Shown here: positions 38,798-47,609 of the stretch, in pieces
How the letters are laid out: every line of letters starts with the position of its first letter
Numbering within the stretch: the first letter of the stretch is position 1
Position numbers and translations under genes: made by a program
Source: a bacterium
GTDB lineage: Bacteria > Patescibacteriota > Minisyncoccia > UBA6257 > WO2-44-18
Length of the DNA stretch: 64,000 nucleotides
Assembly (NCBI GenBank): GCA_030646995.1
Contig: JAUSKF010000001.1
Span: 5,700 to 69,699 of the forward strand
Direction: 5' to 3'
Notes under the pieces: model-generated
The model's input: only the letters and a program-made list of their open reading frames with translations
What the model was told of the DNA's origin: nothing
Databases searched by the model: none

Positions 38798-38944
38798 GAT
38801 TCGAACCGAGCGTCACCCCGTCCAGGAAGGATTCGGAAACCGAAGGTGTCCGAATGGGGGTCGGGGTGACGCGAATGGTTCGGCGAGGTTTGGGGCCGTC
38901 CGGCACAAACCGAAGCGTAAATCCAATTTCCGCTTCCGCCAAAA
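38798..38944 (+). repeat. tRNA-3'-associated structured repeat element, copy 3, ending in a 17 bp direct repeat of the tRNA-Ser 3' end
   Basis: Shares GGATTCGAAC...CACCCCG...GGAAGGATTCGGAAACC-GAAGGTGTCCGA...GGGGTCGGGGTG with the other two copies; direct repeat TTCCGCTTCCGCCAAAA at 38740-38756 and 38928-38944. Confidence 0.5.
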
Positions 38945-38967
38945 CAAAAAACTGCCCTAGGGCAGTT

Positions 38968-39468
38968 TTATAGTTTCTTGCGAAAAAGAGTACTGTCGCG
39001 CTTTTCAAAACCCAACTTCAAATAAAGCTTGTGGGCCGCGGCTCTGTCCGGACCATTACCGGAAGACAAGTTAACACTCTTCAGATGCAACGCTTGAGCA
39101 ACTTCAAGTAATTTCTCCATTAGCTTAACGGCGATTCCTTGACGCTGATAATTTTCGTCAACTACTACATCTTCAATATAGCCATTGATAACAGAGAACT
39201 TCTGATGAATAAACATCATCGCCATCCCCGCCACTTTCATTTCGAGAGGATTTCCATAATCGATAGCCAGCGCGGTAATCGTACGCTCCTGCCGGCACGC
39301 TGACCAAAATTCATCGGTGTTCAGCAAAGGAGCTGATTTAGACTTAGAAAGCTGTTTGAGTAGATTACAGATGCCGACTTTAAACTCCGACCGGCAGCTA
39401 TCCAAATAATTCCAAGTCTGAACGTGTGGAGGAAGATTAAACCCACTCCGTGCCTCGATCTCAATCAT
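38968..39468 (-). CDS. GNAT family N-acetyltransferase
   Basis: Acetyl-CoA motif A QRQGIAVKLM; 166 aa; terminator downstream. Confidence 0.65.
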   Translation of the reverse strand: MIEIEARSGFNLPPHVQTWNYLDSCRSEFKVGICNLLKQLSKSKSAPLLNTDEFWSACRQERTITALAIDYGNPLEMKVAGMAMMFIHQKFSVINGYIEDVVVDENYQRQGIAVKLMEKLLEVAQALHLKSVNLSSGNGPDRAAAHKLYLKLGFEKRDSTLFRKKL

Positions 39469-39595
39469 TCCAGTCTCCCTTTCGCCGCCTCAAAGTTCCG
39501 AGGAATAGTATGCCGTTCCTTGCCTATCCAGTCAACTTGTTCATATACTATTTGCGTACCTTGAAACTAGAGATTGCGTAAATCGAGGAGGCTTC

Positions 39596-40417
39596 ATGAA
39601 CGGAGCGCAGACCGGCGCCAGTGCCGCAAGCGCCTCCAGAATCATGGGGCGCGCCTGCATTACTATTGAGGAAGTGCTGGAACTTTTTCCGGAAGCCAAG
39701 GCTTGGGTGAATCCTGCCGATTATCAGCGAGTGCCCTTCAGCACAAGAACTCTCTATCATCTCGCCAAACGCCACTGGGAATATATTCTTTTCCCGGCAA
39801 TCCCCTGCCGGCTACAAAATGTTTACCCGCCAAATCCGGAAGGGCGGGGATTCCTTTCCGTGCAGATGATCGAACAGCTCTTTCAAAATAAATTCCAAAA
39901 GATCATGGTTTCCACTATCCGCAGCGAGCCAATCCTTAATGCTTGGTCGATTGCCAATGCTACGGCTGACCATAAGCAACTCTACCGGGTATCTCCCCAC
40001 GCCCTGAATCTTGAAGCGAACACCAATCAGCCGACCAATTACAAACAGCTCTACCGAGTACTCGCCCACAAACTCAACAACCACTACCAGCCGAACAAAT
40101 GGTACTTGCTGTCGAGCCAAGTGCTTAAGCTTAGCAGTATTCCCGGCACAAAAAGGCTTGGAAATCTGCCCTCTAAAATTGAGCACTCGATAACTTATAT
40201 TTACGCCTGGCTGCTCTATTGGAAGCTGCGAGAGAAATCTCTTTTCAGTACCCGGCCTTTCCGTTGTGCCGACTACTACGCCCCCAACAAAAGCAAAGCG
40301 GAGGTCGTACTCCGATTCGGTGATGCCGAAATTATGATCGGTCAGATGGAGGAAAGATTGAAGCCAAAATTGGGCATCGTCCGTTCCCTGCTCTGCTTCG
40401 ATAAAAAATCAGAATAA
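39596..40417 (+). CDS. Hypothetical protein
   Basis: 273 aa; no recognised motifs; bidirectional terminator at 40420-40446. Confidence 0.35.
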   Translation: MNGAQTGASAASASRIMGRACITIEEVLELFPEAKAWVNPADYQRVPFSTRTLYHLAKRHWEYILFPAIPCRLQNVYPPNPEGRGFLSVQMIEQLFQNKFQKIMVSTIRSEPILNAWSIANATADHKQLYRVSPHALNLEANTNQPTNYKQLYRVLAHKLNNHYQPNKWYLLSSQVLKLSSIPGTKRLGNLPSKIEHSITYIYAWLLYWKLREKSLFSTRPFRCADYYAPNKSKAEVVLRFGDAEIMIGQMEERLKPKLGIVRSLLCFDKKSE

Positions 40418-40449
40418 AAACCCCGTAAAGCGCGAAGTGCGCCACGGGG

Positions 40450-40983
40450 TTATTTTTTTCTTTCCAATACGGCGAAATGATAAGTATAAGGATTACCTTT
40501 GCTGGGCTGATGCATTTCTTGCTCAACCCAATTCCATTCTTCCCAAACTATTTCCGGAAAGTAAGCATCTCCCTCAAAGCCCTCATCGATACAAGTCAGA
40601 TACAGCTTGTCTACCAGATGTAGCACCGCACTGAAAACTTGCGCGCCGCCGATGAAAAACAATTCTGTTTCGCCGGTCATTTCAATAGATGCCACAACTT
40701 CGTGTAAAGATTTCACTTTGTGAAATCCGGCTCCGCCTCCGCCAGAAAGGGCGGATAGCGGATTGAAGTCGGAGCTGCGCGTGAGCACGTAATTAACCCG
40801 TCCGGGTAATGGCCCGCCAAGCAATCCGACGATTGATTCAGCGGTTTTTCTGCCCATTACTACCGCATGGCCAGAAGTAATCTTCTTGAATCTCTTCAAA
40901 TCAGCAGGCAGACGCCAAGGCAACTGACCATCTTTACCGATAACTCTTCCCTGTGAGCAGGCCGCGATGATTGAGAGTTTCAT
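40450..40983 (-). CDS. folA: Dihydrofolate reductase
   Basis: N-terminal LSIIAA...GVIGKDGQLPW; 177 aa; directly downstream of thyA. Confidence 0.8.
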   Translation of the reverse strand: MKLSIIAACSQGRVIGKDGQLPWRLPADLKRFKKITSGHAVVMGRKTAESIVGLLGGPLPGRVNYVLTRSSDFNPLSALSGGGGAGFHKVKSLHEVVASIEMTGETELFFIGGAQVFSAVLHLVDKLYLTCIDEGFEGDAYFPEIVWEEWNWVEQEMHQPSKGNPYTYHFAVLERKK

Positions 40984-41870
40984 ACTGCCATCGGCGCGTA
41001 AATATGGGGATGCGCTTTATAATCAACCAGCTTAATGTCGTTCATGGTAAACCTGTCGATGTCATCAATGTCCGGATTAAGCCACAATTTCGGCAAAGGA
41101 TATGGCTCCCGCTGAAGCATCAATTCAGTTGCATTTTTATGATCGAGGTCAGTGTAAATATGAACGTCGCTCAAAGTCATGATTAATTCGTGCGCAACAG
41201 TATCAGTGGCTTGCGCAATCATATTGAGAAGTAATGCGTAAGACGGAATGTTGAACGGGACGCCGAGAACCATATCGCAGCTCCTTTGGAAAAGATGCAG
41301 AGAAAGTTTGTGGTCGCTATTAACATAGCAATGAAATAACGTATGACAAGGAGGCAAACACATTTCATTCAATTCGCCAGGATTCCAAGCGGTAACCATA
41401 TGTCGCCGCCCGAAAGGATCCTTTTTGATTCCTTCAATTAGGTTGCGTATTTGATCAATTTCTACACCACCATAGGTTCGCCATTTACGCCACTGAACTC
41501 CATAAATTCTCCCGACATCCCCGTCAAATTTCGCTTTTGGTTTCCAATAATCTGAATTAGCGTTATCGTCCCAAATATGACAACCCATTTTCTGCAATTC
41601 TTTATTGTCTTGGCTACCAGTCAAAAACCACAAGAGTTCTGCTTTAACCAATTTGAATGGCTCCTGCTTGGTCGTAACGATTGGAAAACCGTCGGTCATT
41701 TTGAAGCGCATCTCTCTAACAAATACCGAACGATTATGCCCAATACTAGTACGATCGGGTCGGCCATCACCATTTTCCCAAACATCCTTCAAGACAGCTA
41801 GATACTGTTTCACTATTTTCCCTTTCAAAAAAACTAAAATGATTCTAACAAAAATCAGGGATTCCGGCAA
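40980..41870 (-). CDS. thyA: Thymidylate synthase (ThyA). The true start is probably downstream of the track start, perhaps a GTG at VKQYL.
   Basis: Active-site CHTLFHCYV region, RPDRTS...FPIVTTK fold motifs. Confidence 0.8.
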   Translation of the reverse strand: MPESLIFVRIILVFLKGKIVKQYLAVLKDVWENGDGRPDRTSIGHNRSVFVREMRFKMTDGFPIVTTKQEPFKLVKAELLWFLTGSQDNKELQKMGCHIWDDNANSDYWKPKAKFDGDVGRIYGVQWRKWRTYGGVEIDQIRNLIEGIKKDPFGRRHMVTAWNPGELNEMCLPPCHTLFHCYVNSDHKLSLHLFQRSCDMVLGVPFNIPSYALLLNMIAQATDTVAHELIMTLSDVHIYTDLDHKNATELMLQREPYPLPKLWLNPDIDDIDRFTMNDIKLVDYKAHPHIYAPMAV

Positions 41871-41881
41871 AAACTTTTTCG

Positions 41882-41952
41882 TGGACCTACGGGGAGTCGA
41901 ACCCCGGCCTCGCCCATGCCATGGGAGCGTAATACCGTTTTACTATAGGCCC
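41882..41952 (-). tRNA. tRNA-Ala (anticodon GGC)
   Basis: Acceptor GGGCCUA/UAGGUCC with the G3:U70 Ala identity pair, loop AUGGCAU, T-loop UUCGACU; one mismatch in the anticodon stem. Confidence 0.6.
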
Positions 41953-42017
41953 TCGTTGAAAGTATTGTATATTTTGCCTTGATTTTCGTCAAAGCCTTAT
42001 TTAACAGGATCCCAGAG

Positions 42018-42089
42018 TGCCCTCGCGAGGAATCGAACCTCAATTTACTCGTTAGGAGTGAGTCGTTCTAACCATTGAACTACGAGGGC
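42018..42089 (-). tRNA. tRNA-Arg (anticodon CCU)
   Basis: Acceptor GCCCUCG/CGAGGGC, D-loop AGUUCAAUGGUUAGAAC, loop CUCCUAA, T-loop UUCGAUU. Confidence 0.7.
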
Positions 42090-42221
42090 ATGAATTATAG
42101 GAGCTTTACCCTTAATCTAGCTTAAACGGAGTAAATATGCTACAATTACCCCATAAGCTTAAATAGGCTCGCCGAAGGCGGCTAAAGCTTAAAAGGTCTA
42201 AATTTAAAAAATCAAAACAAA

Positions 42222-42394
42222 ATGGCAGACGTTACAACAGGCTATTGCGTTAAATGTAAGGCCAAAGACCGAAAGATGGTCAATGCTACGGAAGTAGCAA
42301 TGCAGGGAAAAGGAGGAAAGCCTCGCCGGGCTATGACTGGCACGTGCGAAGTTTGCGGCACAAAGATGTTCCGCATCATGGGCAATAAAGTCTA
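42222..42394 (+). CDS. Small zinc-ribbon protein (57 aa; below the ORF-track length cutoff)
   Basis: Hand-translated MADVTTGYCVKCKAKDRKMVNATEVAMQGKGGKPRRAMTGTCEVCGTKMFRIMGNKV; two CxxC pairs; a strong terminator follows. Confidence 0.45.
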
Positions 42395-42427
42395 GTATTT
42401 GTTTAGGCCTAAACAAATTGAGTGAAA

Positions 42428-42460
42428 CGCCCGTCCGCCAGTTGGCGGATGGGCGTTTTG
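42428..42460 (+). terminator. Intrinsic terminator
   Basis: CGCCCGTCCGCCAGTTGGCGGATGGGCG hairpin plus TTTTG. Confidence 0.6.
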
Positions 42461-42494
42461 CTAGGCCTTTGCTAATATTTTGGCAGGGGTCCAT

Positions 42495-42584
42495 GGAGGG
42501 TTGGCAGAGTGGTCTAACGCGCCGCACTCGAAATGCGGTTGGGAAGAAATTCCCTCGGAGGTTCGAATCCTCCACCCTCCGCCA
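42495..42584 (+). tRNA. tRNA-Ser (anticodon CGA), CCA encoded
   Basis: Type II tRNA: acceptor GGAGGGU/ACCCUCC, loop CUCGAAA, long variable arm, T-loop UUCGAAU. Confidence 0.8.
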
Positions 42585-42657
42585 GGGCCTATAGTTCAGT
42601 GGTAGAACGCCTCGTTTGCAACGAGGAGGGGGGAGTTCGATTCTCCCTAGGTCCACC
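42585..42657 (+). tRNA. tRNA-Ala (anticodon UGC)
   Basis: Acceptor GGGCCUA/UAGGUCC (G3:U70), anticodon stem CCUCG/CGAGG with loop UUUGCAA, T-loop UUCGAUU. Confidence 0.8.
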
Positions 42658-42663
42658 GATCAA

Positions 42664-42690
42664 AAAACCAGACTAAAGTCTGGTTTTTTG
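42664..42690 (+). terminator. Intrinsic terminator after the tRNA pair
   Basis: AACCAGACTAAAGTCTGGTT hairpin plus TTTTTG. Confidence 0.6.
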
Positions 42691-42736
42691 ATAACTTAAT
42701 TGCTAAACTTCAGCCGGAACATTAAAGGAGTAATGG

Positions 42737-43240
42737 ATGAGCCTGGAACCGAAGACCGCGAAAGAGTCAGCGATTAACGACTACCCCTACATTCTCTTTG
42801 AAACCGATATCAATCCGCGTGGCACCGCATTCGGCGGACGAGTCATGGAAGTTGCCGACAAGGTAGCCGCAATTGTTTCCCGCCGACACAGCAGAGTGGA
42901 TTGCGTCACCCTGCAAGTGGACTCTCTCAAATTTATCGGCCCAGCCGTAAAGGGCGAGGTGTTGGTCTACAAAGCCGCAGTAAACCGGGTTTGGAGAACC
43001 TCAATGGAAATTGGGGTGAAGGTCTACGCTGAAAGCCCGCGAACCGGAGAACGGCGCCACGTTGTCAGCGCCTACTTCACCTTCGTGGGAATCGGAGATG
43101 ATAGCCGGCCGATTACTTTGCCTCAAGCCATTCCGGAAACTGATGAGGAAAAGCGCCGCTATGAAAAAGCTGATTTGCGCCGCCAGCGCCGCCTGAAAGA
43201 AGACAGGGAAGATTCAGAGAATAAAAAAATAACCCCGTGA
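42737..43240 (+). CDS. Acyl-CoA thioesterase (hotdog fold, YciA-like)
   Basis: 167 aa; NPRGTAFGGRVMEVADKVAAIV hotdog-fold thioesterase signature. Confidence 0.65.
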   Translation: MSLEPKTAKESAINDYPYILFETDINPRGTAFGGRVMEVADKVAAIVSRRHSRVDCVTLQVDSLKFIGPAVKGEVLVYKAAVNRVWRTSMEIGVKVYAESPRTGERRHVVSAYFTFVGIGDDSRPITLPQAIPETDEEKRRYEKADLRRQRRLKEDREDSENKKITP

Positions 43241-43250
43241 GGGGTTATTT

Positions 43251-45077
43251 TTATGCCTGCTTTTTATCCTTCGCTGCCCGGTCGAATTTATTGCGTTCAT
43301 GCGTGGTAAGAAACGCTTTGCGGAGACGGATATTTTTCGGAGTAACCTCCACTAATTCATCATCGGAAATATAATCCAGGGCATCTTCCAGGCCCATCGT
43401 GTGAGGAACCTCTAATCCCTCCTGCACACCGAAGTTTTTGGTACGGAAGTTAGTCAATTCTTTTGTTTTGCAGATATTTACCAAGATATCACCGGCCTTA
43501 GCATTCTCACCAACAACCATGCCTTCATATACATCCACCTGCGGACCTATGAAAAGATGACCGCGATCCTGTGAATTCAACAAACCATAGCTATTGGAGA
43601 TTCCGTTATCAGTAGAAACCAAAGAACCGTGTTGTCCGTCATCCAAATCTCCCTTAATCGGCTCGTAGCCCAAAAAGATACTATTCATAATTCCATTGCC
43701 TTTCGTGGCGGTCAAAAAAGGATTACGGATACCGATTAAACCGCGAGTAGGAATAGCGAAATCAATAAAAACTTGGCCTCGATCCACTTTCATATCTTTC
43801 ATTTCACCTAAACGCTTGCCGAGCATTTCAATAACCGTTCCGGAAAAGGCCTCCGGCGCTTCAATGGAAACTAACTCCATCGGCTCCTGCTTCTTGCCGT
43901 CAATATCTTTGAAAATAACTTGAGGCTTAGAAACCTCCAGTTCAAATCCTTCGCGACGCATTTTTTCAATAAGAATCGCTAAATGTAACTCGCCGCGGCC
44001 GGCGACTACCCAACGATCCGGTGAGCCGGTCGAAGCTACCGACAAAGCAACGTCAGTTTCTAATTCTTGCTTAAGACGTTCATCTAAATTACGGGAAGTG
44101 GTGTGCTTACCGTCTTTTCCGGCGAATGGAGAAGTATTCACGCCAAAAGTCATCTTGATAGTCGGCTCATCGATTTTAATAATCGGCAAAGCTTCCGGAT
44201 GATCAATGTCAGCAAGAGTCTCTCCGATAGAAACATCAGCAATTCCGGCGATTGCCACAATGTCTCCCGCTCCGGCAGACTCCACTTCAACCCGATTCAA
44301 ACCGTCAAAAAGCATCACCGAAGTAAGTGAAATCTTTTTCATAACACCGGCGCGATTGATATGCATTACCGGAACTCCCTTTTTCAAAACTCCGGCATAA
44401 ATTCGGCCGACAGCAATCTTGCCTTTGTAGTTGTCGTAGGAAAGATTCACAGTAAGTACCTGCAACGGTTTACCTTCATTCACTTGCGGCGCAGGAATAT
44501 ATTTCACTACCGCGTCAAAGACCGGCTCAATGTCTTTCATTGCATCTAAATTTGCCTCCAAGCCTGCCTTGCCTTGTACTCCGGAAGCATAGATGACCGG
44601 AAAGTTAGCCTGATCATCATTAGCACCCAATTCAACGAATAAATCGAAGGTAGCGTTCAAGGTCCACTCTGGGCGAGCGCCCGGCTTATCAATTTTGTTA
44701 ATTACCACAATTGCCTTATGGCCGGCCTGGATAGCTTTACGTAATACGAATTTCGTCTGTGGCATCGGACCTTCTTTGGCATCTACTACCAAAAGCACAC
44801 CGTCCACCATACGCATAATGCGCTCCACCTCTCCTCCGAAATCAGCGTGACCTGGGGTGTCCACGATATTAATTTTATAGTCGTGATATTTTACCGCGAC
44901 GTTTTTTGCAAAAATAGTAATTCCCCGCTCTCGTTCAAGATCGTTGGAATCCATAATCAAATCTTTATTTCCGTCGCTTTTGATTTTAAAATTTTCCGAC
45001 TGCTTCAAAAGCGCATCCACTAAAGTGGTTTTGCCGTGGTCAACGTGAGCGATAATTGCGATGTTACGTAAATTCAT
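43251..45077 (-). CDS. typA: Translational GTPase TypA/BipA
   Basis: AHVDHGKTT, DTPGHADF, NKID G-motifs; 608 aa with a BipA-type C-terminal domain. Confidence 0.9.
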   Translation of the reverse strand: MNLRNIAIIAHVDHGKTTLVDALLKQSENFKIKSDGNKDLIMDSNDLERERGITIFAKNVAVKYHDYKINIVDTPGHADFGGEVERIMRMVDGVLLVVDAKEGPMPQTKFVLRKAIQAGHKAIVVINKIDKPGARPEWTLNATFDLFVELGANDDQANFPVIYASGVQGKAGLEANLDAMKDIEPVFDAVVKYIPAPQVNEGKPLQVLTVNLSYDNYKGKIAVGRIYAGVLKKGVPVMHINRAGVMKKISLTSVMLFDGLNRVEVESAGAGDIVAIAGIADVSIGETLADIDHPEALPIIKIDEPTIKMTFGVNTSPFAGKDGKHTTSRNLDERLKQELETDVALSVASTGSPDRWVVAGRGELHLAILIEKMRREGFELEVSKPQVIFKDIDGKKQEPMELVSIEAPEAFSGTVIEMLGKRLGEMKDMKVDRGQVFIDFAIPTRGLIGIRNPFLTATKGNGIMNSIFLGYEPIKGDLDDGQHGSLVSTDNGISNSYGLLNSQDRGHLFIGPQVDVYEGMVVGENAKAGDILVNICKTKELTNFRTKNFGVQEGLEVPHTMGLEDALDYISDDELVEVTPKNIRLRKAFLTTHERNKFDRAAKDKKQA

Positions 45078-45174
45078 AATAAAAAAGCCTTGCGGCTCTA
45101 AGTTTATAGATTGTACTACACTTGACTTTAAAAGTCAAATGTTGGACTATCTCTGAGCGGGCAGGGGGGGGCTG

Positions 45175-45245
45175 AGCGGGTAAGGGGAATCGAACCCCTG
45201 TCTTTAGCTTGGAAAGCTAAGGTAATGCCATTATACGATACCCGC
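45175..45245 (-). tRNA. tRNA-Gly (anticodon UCC)
   Basis: Acceptor GCGGGUA/UACCCGC, anticodon stem UUAGC/GCUAA with loop UUUCCAA, T-loop UUCGAUU. A 9 nt duplicate of the 3' end (CTGAGCGGG) lies at 45153-45161. Confidence 0.75.
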
Positions 45246-45351
45246 AGTCGTCAAATCCTGTTTTCTACAATATCATACCAGCGTCTTGATTAAAGTAAAG
45301 AAATAGATAAAGTTATAGTAGCTTGCCCCTCATAGGAGGCGGGTCTGTCTT

Positions 45352-45954
45352 ATGGATAAGATTAAAACCAAGCATATTGTGACTGTAATCATGGCCACGG
45401 CACTGGTCTTAGTTTTGCGTTATGTGGTTTTTCCGGCTAAGTTTCTGCCTGGAGAATTTTCGGAGGCTCGCATCAAAGGATCCAACGTGGCGCAAAAAAT
45501 TGTGGAAATTTCCCGCGCCAATCTTGCCCTGCTGGACACAGTCGCGAAATATGACCGGGCCAGTGACCACACCGAAGCTTTGATTGCCATCTCTGCAGCG
45601 ATTATTCAAAACCAAGACAATCAAGTGGAAGCAATTCGGCTCTCCGAGCAATTAACTACAATGGCGGAGCAGATGCAAAGGATTAGACCATTGAGGGCCA
45701 AAGAAATTGCCACCGAAGCAGTGGCTTCAGAGGTTGCTTTGGTAAGCAGGCTTATCTACTACAATAGTTATTTAGCGCAACTTTTTGAAACCTTGAAAGT
45801 AAAGTTTGAAAAGCCCTGGGTTGTCTATTTAGATGGCCAGGTTAATGACTTAATCAACAAAATTAACGATGAAGCTCAAGCCATCAATGAATTGAATAAA
45901 AAATTCGTTTCTTCGATGGGCGAGTTAGACGTAATTTTTAATATCGGGGAGTAG
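45352..45954 (+). CDS. Hypothetical membrane-anchored protein
   Basis: 200 aa; AGGAGG RBS; one N-terminal TM helix. Confidence 0.4.
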   Translation: MDKIKTKHIVTVIMATALVLVLRYVVFPAKFLPGEFSEARIKGSNVAQKIVEISRANLALLDTVAKYDRASDHTEALIAISAAIIQNQDNQVEAIRLSEQLTTMAEQMQRIRPLRAKEIATEAVASEVALVSRLIYYNSYLAQLFETLKVKFEKPWVVYLDGQVNDLINKINDEAQAINELNKKFVSSMGELDVIFNIGE

Positions 45955-46051
45955 TACCTGCCTGCCCTCCATGGGCGGGTGAACCGGCAGGCAGGTACCG
46001 GCCCGATTCGCCGAAGCTTGAACGAAGCGAGTAGTGCACGTGTTTTGAAAA

Positions 46052-46122
46052 CGGGGCGTAGTATAACGGTAGTACTCAGACTTTGGGAGTCTGTAGCCTG
46101 GGTTCAATTCCCAGCGCCCCGA
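46052..46122 (+). tRNA. tRNA-Pro (anticodon UGG)
   Basis: C1:G72 acceptor (CGGGGCG/CGCCCCG), anticodon stem CAGAC/GUCUG with loop UUUGGGA, T-loop UUCAAUU. Confidence 0.75.
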
Positions 46123-46147
46123 TAAATATCGAAGTAATTTTCAAATT

Positions 46148-46219
46148 GCCCCCGTAGCTCAATGGTCAGAGCGCACGGTTTCTACCCGTTAGATGTGGGT
46201 TCGATTCCTACCGGGGGCA
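46148..46219 (+). tRNA. tRNA-Arg (anticodon UCU)
   Basis: Acceptor GCCCCCG/CGGGGGC, loop UUUCUAC, T-stem GUGGG/CCUAC with loop UUCGAUU. Confidence 0.75.
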
Positions 46220-46225
46220 CAATTT

Positions 46226-46252
46226 AAAACCAGGACTTAAGTCCTGGTTTTA
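46226..46252 (+). terminator. Intrinsic terminator
   Basis: AACCAGGACTTAAGTCCTGGTT hairpin plus TTTAAATT. Confidence 0.5.
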
Positions 46253-46268
46253 AATTCATGCTTTCCGT

Positions 46269-46408
46269 AGGAATCGAACAGCCGCACCCCGTGTTGGAAG
46301 GATTCGGAAACCAGAAGGTGTCCGATCCGCCAACTGGCGGAGGGGGTCGGGGTGCGGCGAAGGTGTTCGAGGTTGAGCAAAGCGAAACCCCTGTTCCTAC
46401 CGGGGGCA
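46269..46408 (+). repeat. tRNA-3'-associated structured repeat element, copy 2, ending in a 15 bp direct repeat of the tRNA-Arg 3' end. A third degenerate repeat lies at 46598-46613.
   Basis: Direct repeat TTCCTACCGGGGGCA at 46205-46219, 46394-46408 and 46598-46612. Internal CCGCACCCCG...CGGGGTGCGG long-range pairing and a TCCGCCAACTGGCGGA hairpin. Confidence 0.55.
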
Positions 46409-46701
46409 TATTGCTCAAACAGTTCTCTCGCATCACCAGAGCTCTTTTTGGCCAGCGCCAAAAAGGCTCTTTTCTCTCGGCAGTTCAATTTTGGTTAAAG
46501 AGATATTATAACCAAAAACCCGCTTGAACTGCCTCCGAGATATGCTGCTCAAAAACTATTTTCGCGGTTGGACGAAAGCGGGGCGACTTGTAGCCGATTC
46601 CTACCGGGGGCACTAATAAAAAACTGCGGCCTAGGCCGCAGTTTTTTACATAACCTAAGTGAATTCTTCCTCGGCATTCGCCTCGGACATTTCCGCTAGA
46701 G

Positions 46702-47463
46702 TTACTTACTCGGAAGTGAAATGGCGTTGGACTGTAACGTAACAGCCGTTTGCGCCAATGCTCTTCCGTTTAACGTTGCGCCGGTTATCATAGCAACGTT
46801 TGTTTTAGCCAGAAGATTTCCCTCAAAGTGCGAACCCGCTCCAAGGGTCACAGCACCGGCAACCTGCCAAAAAATATTCTTGGTCTGGGCGCCACCGCTT
46901 AAGAGCATCCGCTTGCCAGCGGCCATATCAAGAGTTCCCGCTATCTGGAAGATCCAGACCGCATTCGCGTCGCCTTGGGCGTCGAGCATAAGATCTGTCG
47001 GTATCGTCACAGCGGAATCCCATGTGTAAGTACCAGGGAGAAGGGTTTGACCGGTGACAGTTCCGGCCCCTACATTCAAGAAAGAACCAACTCCTGCTGG
47101 TCGCCCAGCAACATCAAGGTATACGGCTTCCATGTCGCTTACGGCCTGAGTCAGCAGTGTTGCATCTGTTGTTCTGCATGCAGGGCCAGTAGCGTCAACT
47201 GTGTATATCATCCCAGTCACTTCTACACAATCTAATCCGGTAATAGCCGCGCCCGTAATCGGACTTGTTCCGATATTGCCAGTAATCGCAGACGTAGGAA
47301 CATCAGTAATTCCGGTTTTTGATAGAATCACGAAATTACCCGCCGACAAAAGGTCAACTGAAGTCGCCGGGACAGCTGCAAACAGAGTGGTTACCCCAGC
47401 TAGACCGAGTGCCAAGGAGAAGACAGCCAAAGTTACTATTGAATTCTTATTAAACTTTTTCAT
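46702..47463 (-). CDS. DUF3494 (ice-binding-like) secreted protein, paralog of 3620..4681 without linker or sorting signal
   Basis: N-terminal signal/TM then [37 protein letters not shown], almost identical to the other copy. Confidence 0.6.
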   Translation of the reverse strand: MKKFNKNSIVTLAVFSLALGLAGVTTLFAAVPATSVDLLSAGNFVILSKTGITDVPTSAITGNIGTSPITGAAITGLDCVEVTGMIYTVDATGPACRTTDATLLTQAVSDMEAVYLDVAGRPAGVGSFLNVGAGTVTGQTLLPGTYTWDSAVTIPTDLMLDAQGDANAVWIFQIAGTLDMAAGKRMLLSGGAQTKNIFWQVAGAVTLGAGSHFEGNLLAKTNVAMITGATLNGRALAQTAVTLQSNAISLPSK

Positions 47464-47609
47464 GTATTTATTATTTATTTATTATTACTTGTTTATTACT
47501 ACCTACTCTCTAGTATCGACCTTCTTATAAGGTACACCCGGGCTATATTAAAAGCAAGTTAAATTTTAATATACCAACTGTGGATAACTTTAATCTAAAC
47601 TTAACCATC

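Noticed and set aside
42204-42656. 150 aa minus-strand ORF
   Set aside because: It overlaps two well-folded tRNA genes, a plus-strand zinc-ribbon ORF and a terminator. Spurious.
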